From Eledone cirrhosa (lineage: Eukaryota): a stretch of DNA of 64,000 bases. The position numbers and the translations under genes were made by a program. The notes under the pieces were generated by a model that had not been told where the DNA came from, searched no databases, and saw nothing but the letters and a program-made list of their open reading frames with translations. Positions 53,790 to 64,000 of this stretch are shown one piece after another. The DNA is taken from the NCBI GenBank assembly GCA_964016885.1, contig OZ024743.1, positions 302,188,001 through 302,252,000 of the forward strand, given 5' to 3'. Numbering within the stretch: the first letter of the stretch is position 1; the number at the start of each line of letters is the position of its first letter.

Positions 53790-54880
53790 CCATTCTCCCT
53801 ATATTCACCCACCTTTCATCAAATGTACGGGGAGTGGGGTGACACTACTCTTACCACTCTCACCTTCCTTCCCAAGTGAAATTTGAAAAAGTTGAAGGAT
53901 TGGCCGAAGAGAAAAATTCCTGTCTTTAGGCCTTTCAGCCTGATTCACCATACAACCCATTTCACTACTGCCACAAGACAGAGGAAAATTACCTGCACTT
54001 CCTGGCCAAAAGAAGGCGGCGGGTCTATCTTCACTATGGACTCGACCGATAACCGGATCAGTTCAACACGCGACAACACCAGTTCGACGTAAATCCACAA
54101 CTCATTAACGCACGAACACTGGAAGACTGCGTGGGGAACGGTTTCCTCGTCCTGCGCGCATCTAGGACAGGCCCATCTGATAGCACTTAGTGCATGAAGA
54201 GTTTATCACGAACCGGCAGTACTCCCGGGAAAACTGCCAAGCGAGGGATTTTTAGAAGTTATCCATCGTCCCCGGCTCAAAAGTCTCCCGGAACAGTCTG
54301 GTTAATTCGACTTTGTAGATTCCCAGTTTATCACGGACCAAGTATGCAGCTCAGTGAAATAGATGAGCAGCGGAAAGGCCCTTCTGACAAACGGCGATTG
54401 CACCTGTTCTCCGTTTAGGCAGATTATCTTGAGATGCCGGAGCCTCAGCCCATATTCGGCGCTTCATTAGCCACAGTATCCGAAGCCTTCCGTGTAGAGG
54501 CGTCTGGCAGCAGATGGACCGCCTAACCAACGGAACCCGTCCCCTCCACAAGACACTTGAAGAAGAGCCGTTCGAAGTTTGCGACTCGCGGACGGATGGT
54601 GTCGTCATGGTTTTTAGGTTAGTGTTCTCACTGTTGCTTTTGTGGCTGTCGTTGTTCATGTTGTTTGTGGTATAGATTTTTGTGTTCACCGTATCCCTCA
54701 TCTCAACGTTTACGGCGATGTCACACGACAGCAGACTTACCGTTGGGGGGCGTGGATCAGCCATGTTTTTTTTTTACGATCATTTCTTTTTTCAATACAC
54801 AAACTCAAATATTTGAGCCGAAAGGCCCAAATATTATACCACCTCCCTTCACAAGGCAAATACGAAATTCTTACGACCTT
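53790..54880 (-). mobile_element. Internally deleted L1/Tx1-like element
   Basis: 5' UTR and ORF1 start (MADPRPPTVSLLSCD) match 24140-24330, then a jump to LWRGRVPLVRRSICCQ and the C-terminal CPRC region. Confidence 0.85.
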
Positions 54881-54954
54881 TTTCAAAAACTGCAACATTC
54901 ATTTAACACTTTTATGGAGCTCCATTGTCTGACAGCTAATAATATTAATAATAA

Positions 54955-55140
54955 TTGTTTCTATTTTAGGCACAAGGCCAGCAATTACCCAGTGCATTAC
55001 TGGTACTTTACTTTATCGACACCGTAAGGATGAAAGGCAAAGTCAACCTCGGCGGGATTTGAACTCAGATCGTAAAGGGACGTAACTATGCTGGAAAGCA
55101 TGGCGTCCGACTCTCTACCGATACTGCTAATCCACCGCCC
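54955..55140 (-). mobile_element. tRNA-derived SINE, full length
   Basis: Reverse complement with head, B-box, core and tail. Confidence 0.9.
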
Positions 55141-55169
55141 TAATATTAATAATAATGATTTTTTTTATT

Positions 55170-55930
55170 AACCATAAGTGTTGACATAAAGTATGACATT
55201 AAGGCCAGCACAGGACACTACAAATGGTCATTTCTGCATCTAAAGAAAAAAATACAATAACAAAGGAAGTTACAAACATTTTCCAATAGGGGAGGACACC
55301 TCCGAGTGTCAGAAGTGGAGACAGCCCACGAAAGGTTTTCCGCCTCCAATGTACAGGCGCATACTCAGATCAGGCTCATTCATTCGTGCATGCTCAACTT
55401 TCTCCCCCATCTTTCAACAAACTGCTGTGAAAGGAGCACTTCACTCTTCACCCTGATTGAACTAGTTAATCAGGGTATCAAAGAAGAGGTAAGTACACGT
55501 CTTCAGCGATTTCAAACGCGTTCACCGCACGACATCTTTCGCCATGGCCACCAGGCAGATAAAAACATTCTGCCCTTCCCGGCTAAAATAAGGCGGCGGG
55601 GCGATCATCACGATGAACTCAGCTGATAGCTGGATCCATCCCACATGCGGCAGCAGGTCTTCGACATAAACCCGCAAGTCATCAGTTCGGACACTGGACG
55701 AGTCTGTGCAGGACGGTTTCGTTGCGCTGGGCGCTTCTCGGACAGGTCTGGCTGATGGTACTTCTATGCCTGTAGAGTTTATCCCGCACTGGCAAAGCTT
55801 TCCGGTAGCATTGTCAGGCTAAGGATTTTTGGAAGTTGTCCATGGGCCCCGGGCTAAAGGTTCTACCGTAGCCATTGGCTAGTTGATTTACCCCAACCCC
55901 CAGAGTCTCCCCAAGGGCGTTGTGACACTC
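55170..55930 (-). mobile_element. 3' fragment of the same L1/Tx1-like family
   Basis: Reverse complement matches 23230-23880 (RDKLYRH, CPR..NETVLH.LVQCP). Confidence 0.85.
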
Positions 55931-55959
55931 CATTAATAGCAGTAATAAAACTAATAATG

Positions 55960-56170
55960 TCTGATTTAGGCACGAGGCCAACCATTTTGAAGTAGTTGGA
56001 GTAGGGGAAAGTCCATTAAGTTGACCCCATTGCGTTACTGGTACTTTATTCTATCGACCCTGTAAGGATGAAAAGCAAGACTCACCATGGCAGGATTTGA
56101 ACTCTGAATGGAATGTCACGAAATTATATGGTGCAAAGCATGGTGTTCGACGCTCTAGCAATACTACCGA
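55960..56170 (-). mobile_element. tRNA-derived SINE, longer variant
   Basis: Reverse complement of the SINE core. Confidence 0.8.
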
Positions 56171-57246
56171 TAGAATTATATATTATAATTATATATATAT
56201 AATTATATATATATATACTTATATGTCAGGTATGCAGGAATCCCGTGGCTCCATCATACACCTCTTTCAAATTTGATGTTTTTAAAAGTATAAAGTACAT
56301 TTAATTCGTAACTGGAAAACATATTTCAGTTTTAACTTCGTAAATGATATACTGCTTTTGAGCAGGTTTACATTATATAATAATTTAATCTCATTTCAAA
56401 TTCAAATTTTATACACCGAGAGACTTCAAATCAGAAAAAATAATAATTTCATTGTAATTTCCCTTAAATTAATATGATTCCAGTTGAAAAAACTTTTTTT
56501 TATTTTAAACATCTTTATTTTCATCAACTATGTTCATAGGAAACCACTTCCGTTGCAATTCAACAGCTGAAAAATAACAAAACATTTCCTCAATGAAAAT
56601 ATGCTAAATACAGACACGAGACACGTATCAATGAACAACAGCCTTGCCATCATGTTACACTGCTGTGTAAAGATTAAAATACGCCATGGCGAAAAAAAAA
56701 GAACATGTTCTGCACTGTAATGCAAGAGTACGGATACAGCACACGAATGCAGATGTGGGAGAAGTGAAACATTTTGAGCAAAGTAAATATCAACATTTGC
56801 TTCGGCATACTAAACACATTTCCGAAAATAAATTTCTAAGCATGAGGCAATTAAAACTGTTAAAGCTGCAACTGAAATAATATACTTTGGAAATGTGTGT
56901 GCGAAATGTTCTAAATAGTCGTATCGAAAAAATTCTAGAAAAATTCTCTATTCAATGTTTGTTGTTGCAATGGACAGGTGATAGTGCCATCCATTCACCA
57001 TTTACATCATATGCTGGGAAGAATGTTAAATTCAACTACTGGTTAAAATGTTTAATGTAGATCTAATATTAGGATACATCACCCATATTTAGCAGCGTTA
57101 TTCCAACATTAAATAGACTATATCATAATCTATTAGGAATGGTATACATAAAAATGTTATATATAACATCTTAAAAAATATACTAGTGAAAACAGAATAA
57201 TTTTAAGATTGTAGCAAATATATATAAATATACATTTATATATACT

Positions 57247-57645
57247 AATAATAATACATGTGAAGACTAAAATCCAAAGAGGGCTCGATACGGATAAATA
57301 TATATAAAATATATAAGAACCTTAGAGCAAATATTTATTAACATAACATTAAAGTTTAAGCAAGGAAACGCTGCTTTCACTCTTAACGGGATCTTCTGAA
57401 ACTAAGTTACATGCGTTTATACGTTCTCAACGCTCTACATAGCGACGTATTACCCTCGCTTTTTTTCGTTCATTGCCAGGGAGCGGCTACATGAACCAAA
57501 GTATCGTTTTCCTTTTCGGTTGCAACGTTTTTCGAAATATCTACTTCTGCGTTGACAGATTGATCTTTTCAGTTTCAGAAGATCATGTTAAGGGTGAAAG
57601 CTGCGATTCTTTGCTTAAACATTAATCTGTTATTTTAATAAATGC

Positions 57646-57648
<3 letters not shown>
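57247..57648. mobile_element. Fold-back PLE-terminus family (as 5180), with ~165-bp spacer
   Basis: 57334-57403 is inverted at 57571-57643. Confidence 0.85.
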
Positions 57649-57718
<70 letters not shown>

Positions 57719-57720
<2 letters not shown>

Positions 57721-58220
57721 TAGGAGGTGAGTTTTATTGTAGCACAATAAAGCAATGCAAATATAGGATATGTAGAACTCTTCAGTTTGTAGGACTGGAG
57801 TATAAATAATATAAGATCAAAATATGGTTAAAAGAGTTCCAAGTATTTTATTATGCGCATTTCAAAAACAAATATCATCATGAGATGTTATCTGCGTTTT
57901 CATCAGATAAAATAGGGATACATGATATGAAGGTTAAAAAACACTTGTGAATAGTGAAGTTTTAAATCAACATATGAAAAATAATTTAAGATCGATGTGT
58001 GATATTGGAATATATATATTCCCAATATCACACATCAAACTTAAATTATTGTTCATATGTTGATTTAAAACTTCATTATTCAGAAGTCGTTTTTAAGCTT
58101 CATATCATATATCCCTATTTTATCTGATGAAAACGCAGATATCCACTCTTGATGATATTTGTTTTTGAAATGCGCATAATAAAATACTTGGAACTCTTTT
58201 AACCATCTTTTGATCTTATA
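57719..58220. mobile_element. Fold-back element with two intact HHRs
   Basis: 57810-58010 is inverted at 58020-58220; (TA)n flanks. Confidence 0.9.
58116..58186 (+). ncRNA. Type I hammerhead ribozyme (partner 57844-57914 on minus)
   Basis: tattttat-CTGATGA-aaacgcagatatc..gatatttgttttt-GAAA-TGCGC-ATA-ataaaata: perfect 8-bp stem I, palindromic ATGCGCAT. Confidence 0.85.
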
Positions 58221-58238
58221 TATATATATATATATATA

Positions 58239-58732
58239 TATGAAAGACGCAAAATAAGAAAATTATAAAAATTAACTTACTTACTAAAATTTCAATCCAA
58301 CTAATTAGTTTCTGAAAATTATTTTGTTGAGCAAAAATTTTCCAAAAATTTGCCAAAACTGCTACTATAGTTCATAGTAATGGTTCGGCTGCTGTCTTCT
58401 TAACACCTCACTCCTCACTGATTAACCTCGATGTCGCGTGATTGATTCTTTTGAATTTGCCACCGACCAAGTAGGCAATGCTTTTTTCAGTGTCTTGTAA
58501 CTTAGTCCACTCTTTGCTTTTTTCCATCCACTGAATTATGTTTGTATAAGTTCCCTGTGTCCACGCATTGCCTGGGAACTTAGGTGAGAATAGACTTCCC
58601 TGATGACGAAAGGCTTTCTCCATGTTTTCCTTCGGAAACCATGTTTATTCCCTTTCAGAAACTAATTAGTTGGAGTGAAATTTTAGTAAGTAAGTTAATT
58701 TTTATAATTTTCTTATTTTACGTCTTTCATAT
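58239..58732. mobile_element. Fold-back element with HHR at 58596-58675 (+)
   Basis: Arms 58239-58317 and 58653-58732. ttcc-CTGATGA-cgaaagg...cctttca-GAAAC-TAATTA-GTT-ggag, with 51 nt between core and GAAA. Confidence 0.82.
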
Positions 58733-58862
58733 AATTGTTCTGCATCCCCTTGCATTGAACCACAAATTACTAAGACAAAACCTATATATTTGCTAGCATA
58801 GGTATGCATCTGTATATATATGTTGGTAGATATACTAATTCTTTATATATATATATATATAT

Positions 58863-60060
58863 ATATGAATTAATAAATAGAACTAGACGCTATCCATCAC
58901 CAGTGATCTTCTAGCCATCATAGGTAATTCTTCTCATTAAAGATCAGATGCCTTAGGCCAGCGCGAACAACAACTAAAATAAGTTATTGGGATAAAAAGA
59001 ATTGGGTGGAGAAAGAGAGAGATGTAGACAAACAAGAATGTTGAGGCAACATAAAGAGTGGGAAAATGAGAAATAAAGTCAGTGATACATGTGAACATAA
59101 GATCTAGCGAATCATTGTCGAGAAGATGACAGACACATATAAGCCAGCGAAATGTGAGCGACAAAATAATTTCACACGGGTCAGACGTGAGGAAGAGAGA
59201 TAGGGTGAGTAGCAGAGAGTGAGTGATTGAAGGTGTGAGGAAGAGGCTATCCGACAGAGGGTGGCTAGCAGAGAGGGTGAATGAAAGTAAGAGGTACAAG
59301 GAGAGCTCTATTTTTTATTTCATATGTATCGCATTCGCAACAATGGAGCACGCCATTTTTCAATCCTATAATTTTTCCCTTCGCTGTGACCTGTCCTTTT
59401 CTCTTCCCTTACTGCTATCTTCTTTCTCTGTCCCCTTTCTCTCTCCTTGCACATCTTACTTTCATTCGCCCCCTCTGCTAGTCACCCTCTCTTGGCTAGC
59501 CTCTGCCTCACACTTTCACTCACTCCGTCTCTGCTACTCACCCTCTCTCACTCCTCCTGTCTGACCCGTGTGAAATTCTTTTCTCGCTAATATTTCGCTT
59601 TGCTTAGATGTGGCTGTCGGCTTCTCGTTAATGATTCGCTAGATCTTATGTTCACATGTATCACTGATTTGTTTTCTCATTTTCCCACTCTTTACGTTGC
59701 CTTACCATTCTTGTTTGTTTACATGTCTCTCTTTCTCCACCCAATTCTGTTTATCCCAATACATTATTTTGAGGTTAACTTTGCCTTTCATCCTTACAGG
59801 GTCGATAAAATAAAGTACCAGTTATGTACTGGGTAATTTGCTGGCCTTGTGCCTAAAGTAGAAACAATTATTTTAGTTACTGTTCGCGCTGGCCGGAGGT
59901 ATCTGATATTTAATGCGAATAAATACCTATGATGGCCAGAAGATCACTGATAATGGATAGTCCTGGTTTCTAGCTCTATTTTTTAATTCATATGTATCAC
60001 ATTCGCAACAACGTAGCACGCAATTTTTCATTCCTATAATTTTTCCCTTCGCTGTCAGCT
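58863..60060. mobile_element. Large fold-back plus direct repeat element, interrupted by a SINE
   Basis: 58863-59300 is inverted at ~59440-59993; 59305-59390 is directly repeated at 59972-60057. Confidence 0.8.
59771..59866 (+). mobile_element. 5'-truncated SINE with TSD ATTATTTT
   Basis: Absent from the left arm; attatttt at 59763 and 59867. Confidence 0.85.
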
Positions 60061-61279
60061 CTTTTTACTCGCAGTCTCTTCACAATATATATAGAGACAG
60101 CTGGGAAAACACGCAAGGCATCAGGCCCTGGCTGTTGTACCATTGAAGATAGGGAACAGAGAAAGAGAGAGTCAAAAAATTGATAGACAGATAAACATAT
60201 AAAGAGTTGCCTGTCCCTGGCATTCTTTTCCACTCATTTTTGAAAGTCAGATTGGCTCAATTACGTATGTAAATGTGTTTGAAAAGAATTGGATCGATGA
60301 GTGTATAAAGCTTTTCCTAAAATTGTAGGAATCACAAACGCAGGTGTAGCTATAATACAGCCAGCTGCTATTATGCATAGCAAACGTCGGATTAAAATAT
60401 GGCCTCATAAGAGAGGAAGAACGGTCGAAGATAAGGGACGTGAGGGAGAAGTATCAAAGAAATAAAATCTAATGCATATGATGAGAAATGAGAGACGTGT
60501 GGATAGAATGAAGATAAAAAAGATGCGTGAATGTAAAAATACTTTGAAGAAAGGTTGAAATTGTAGGGATGGTGAGGTGGTGATTATGACTATATAGTTC
60601 TTTGTTTCTCTTCTATTTTCATGCTCCGTCCTTTCTACACTGGTTCTTCTCTTTCGGAACTCTCCCAAATGAAAAAAAAATGTTCTATCGTTCTTAACAT
60701 CTGGCTGTCAGACAGTTACTCTTGCGTGTTAGATTCCTACACATTTATGAAAATCCTTATACAGTCATCATTCCAATTATTTTCATCACACACATATACC
60801 CACCCAACACCACCCTCCACGCATATATGCATATATATATATAAGTCGAATTGTCTACGTCCGTGTGAGATGAATGAGTTAAAATGAAGGAAGGGAGATG
60901 GTGAAAGTTCAACAGCGAAAAGAAAAATCAAACAATGCTTCAACTGTTGCAAAAAGCTCTCTGTGTGTTAATCTATGAGTGTGTAAAAGGGAGGAATGGT
61001 GTGGTATAAAAAAACTATGCTCTGTATGATAGTACGTTTATCCAAAGCACAATGAACTTTTGAGTAACTAATTATAATGATCATCGTCATCATCATCATT
61101 GTCATAAACATCATCACCATCGTCTTTGTTATTATCCACAAAAATATCATGATCATCAACAACTCCATCAACATCATCATCATCATCATCATCGTCTTAA
61201 TATTCTCTTAAGGGAGAGTATGGCAATGGAAACGTAGAATGGTAAAATATACCAATGGATAGATACGATGCAAACATAG

Positions 61280-61651
61280 ACATTTTGGAGCTAGTGTGCG
61301 GCATTATGGCACTTCGGGTCAATGGTGAGACGCTATGGAACTAGGGAGCATCAGTGACACAGTATGAAAATATGGAGCTAAGGTGAGCCCCTATAGCAAA
61401 TGGGAAGATGGTATAAGAAAATATGGCACTTTGGAGCTAGGGTACCGGACAATGGCACTGTGGAGTTTGGTTGGCACACTGTTGACTGGGGAGCTTCAGT
61501 GACACCGTATGGGAATATGGAGCCAGGGTGACCCCCTATGACAATGGAAAGATAGGCTGGAAAATACGGCACTTCGGAGCTAAGGTGCCGCACTATGGCC
61601 CACTATGCAACTGGGAAGCTTTAGTGACACAGTGTAGAAATATGGAGCTAG
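61280..61651. repeat. Degenerate ~125-146 bp tandem repeat x3
   Basis: ggagcta..ggcact...agtgacac.gt...aatatggagc recurs at ~61351, 61497 and 61622. Confidence 0.75.
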
Positions 61652-61672
61652 TATATATATATATATACATGT

Positions 61673-61987
61673 ATAGAATGGAAAAAAAAATCAGTGATGC
61701 ATCGGAACTCAATTTATTGTGTGTTACAATTGTGTCCCCGGCGAACAGCTCGGGGTGCGATGTGTGTGTGTATCAACATGACTCTAGACTCGCAGGTTCC
61801 TCGGACACGTCTATTGATTTCGGAGCATATCCTGCCAAATCAATAGACGTGCCCGAGGAACCTGCGAGTCTAGAGTCATGTTGATCCACACACAGATCGC
61901 ATCCCGAGCTGTTCGCCGGGGAAACAATTGTAACACACAATAAATTGAGTTCCGATGCCCCACTGATTTTTCGTTCTCCATTCTATC
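61673..61987. mobile_element. Fold-back element with long-stem-II HHR-like motifs (61849-61936 +)
   Basis: Mirrored around ~61828. gtg(c/t)-CCGAGGA-[61 nt]-GAAAC-AATT-GTA-acac. Confidence 0.8.
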
Positions 61988-62073
61988 ATACTCAGCTCCG
62001 TAGGAGCATAGACTACTGAAACGGCATACCGCTTATGGAAGCAACTTAGCTACCATTGGACATATATATATAT

Positions 62074-62180
<107 letters not shown>

Positions 62181-62451
62181 TTTGTTCCGCGCAGATAATA
62201 AACCATTTTCGAGAACACGTGTTCCACCTTGCGGATTTTATGTCGAGTTGAGTGCTCCCCAACTATGAATATAACATCCCACTGTTCTCCCACTATATAT
62301 ATATATATATATATATAATTATTCTAAGGTTTTAACGTTTGCAAATCCAATTACGTGCATGCAAATCTTTGATTCCAGCACTCATATTACAATACACATG
62401 AGAGCTTTTATTTCGTATGTAAATACATAGGTAATAAAATGTTATCCTTAC

Positions 62452-62781
62452 CACAACTTGAAATTGAAATAGCAACCGAACTTACCTGTAAGAGAAGAGA
62501 AATTATATAGAAGATTAGTTAGGGTAGAAGCCTTTGATAAAATTCTGATTTGTTATTTTAAATTAATAAATATATACATATATCAGAACGTATTATTACA
62601 ATGTAAATTTTCCTTTAACATTGTTCTACTGTTGACTGCATCGTTAATGATTCACACATGCATATTAACATACATATATACATGTTTATATAAAGTTGAA
62701 TGTAGAGGTATATATTCGCATAATAACCCATACCACATACAATATTGAAACATCTCCTCTCACATCGTCTTCTCTCATAAA
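62452..62781 (-). CDS. Possible two micro-exons (62781-62734, 62485-62452) of a Cys-containing peptide
   Basis: AG/GT boundaries, with a strong polypyrimidine-CAG acceptor at 62486. The joined frame reads YERRRCERRCFNIVCGKFGCYFNFKL. No homology recognised. Confidence 0.2.
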
Positions 62782-62952
62782 CTTAAATTTAGAATTTTGA
62801 TAAAAACACAATGAACATTCATCGCCAACCCTTAGATTTATGCAACATGGCGAAGATGTGTTTTCATGACGAATACAAATGTCCATGCACCTCTTTTCAC
62901 ATATGAAAATCATCAAATAAATCGGCTTAATTGGATCGCGAAATTTCCAGCT

Positions 62953-63135
62953 GTGGATTGGCAGCATTGGTACAGGTCGGACACCATGATTTGACGTGCG
63001 GTGTTACAGCCCTTGCCATTCTGAGTTCAAATCGCGCAGAGGTTAACTTAGCATTTCATCCTTACAGCGTCGATAAAATAAAGTACCAGTAATGCACTGA
63101 TAAATGGCTGGCCGTGTGTCAAAAGTAGAAACAAT
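62953..63135 (+). mobile_element. tRNA-derived SINE
   Basis: gtggattggcagc..GAGTTCAAATC..catttcatccttacagcgtcgataaaataaagtaccag. Confidence 0.85.
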
Positions 63136-64000
63136 TATTACGTAGAAAAAATAATTATAAAATTGCAGGATTCTATTTTCAGTTTAATTTCGCCTTGACG
63201 AAAAGTTATTTCAGTCTCTTTCTCACTCATATCTTTAAAAAATTCCTACCCTTTTGTAAATATCTCGTAATCCTGAAAGCTAACCTATATACTGTTACTG
63301 AATTTGTGCACAAAATAACACCTCCTAAAATATTATCGAACATTAGTTTGACATTTTGAAACCCTTTTAACTTTACTATTTCACCTATAACACATGTGCA
63401 TATGATTTATTCTAGGCCAATCACTATGGCGTTTGAACGTGTCATATATGTGTTAATCCGAAATATCGACGATATATCATTAAATAATGCAATATTCTCT
63501 GACAATTACGCGTTCCATTCTACAGAAATTTTAATTCAAAATTATTGTACAATGCAGGAAACATTTTATTAAAGATTAAATGTAATCTGACACTAAATTT
63601 CGTATGTTACTCTCCATCAATTTGCTGATTCTGATGAAGGGGCATTTAAATATTATTAGTCCAGGGAGATTGCACAGCTGTAAAATATATGCTCAACGCA
63701 TTTTAGAAAGGTTATCGCCGATATTCTCCGTGTTTTCCGTCGGACACATTTATACAGCACGGTACGACAGAAATATATGCACTAATTACCTAGGTAACAT
63801 TATCTGTGGTACATTTTGTCTTTTCTTTTCACGTTCTTTCTTCCTCTTCTACACTTAACCACACCTGTGTTTCTTCAACCGATTTCGGTGAATTAAAATG
63901 TACAATTATAGCTATATATTAGAGCTTTCCAAATTATAGACAATTTTCCGATTCCACTATGCATTTGAAACAAAATAAACCGCTCAAACACATGGGAATA

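Noticed and set aside
63631-63700. CTGATGAAGGGG as an HHR
   Set aside because: No matching GAAA-NUH or closing stems nearby.

Overview
AT-rich, microsatellite-dense eukaryotic DNA, intergenic or intronic. The SINE and repeat content suggests a coleoid cephalopod (octopus-like); this is inference. No intact host gene is evident, and most ORF-track entries are (TA)n/(CA)n artefacts. The window is mostly decayed transposons: two Penelope-like elements (PLEs, one Neptune-like, one Naiad-like), five L1/Tx1-like LINE fragments, CRE-like and R4-like fragments, an RTE-like 5' insert, a ~4 kb non-autonomous Helitron and about 12 tRNA-derived SINEs. The main hidden signal is about 30 type I hammerhead-ribozyme (HHR) motifs, intact or degenerate, read by eye. 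Most lie in paired, opposite orientation in fold-back elements inserted in (TA)n tracts. They include HHRs with 50-90 nt stem II insertions and a ~430-450 bp circularly permuted, retrozyme-like HHR repeat carrying an octamer motif.
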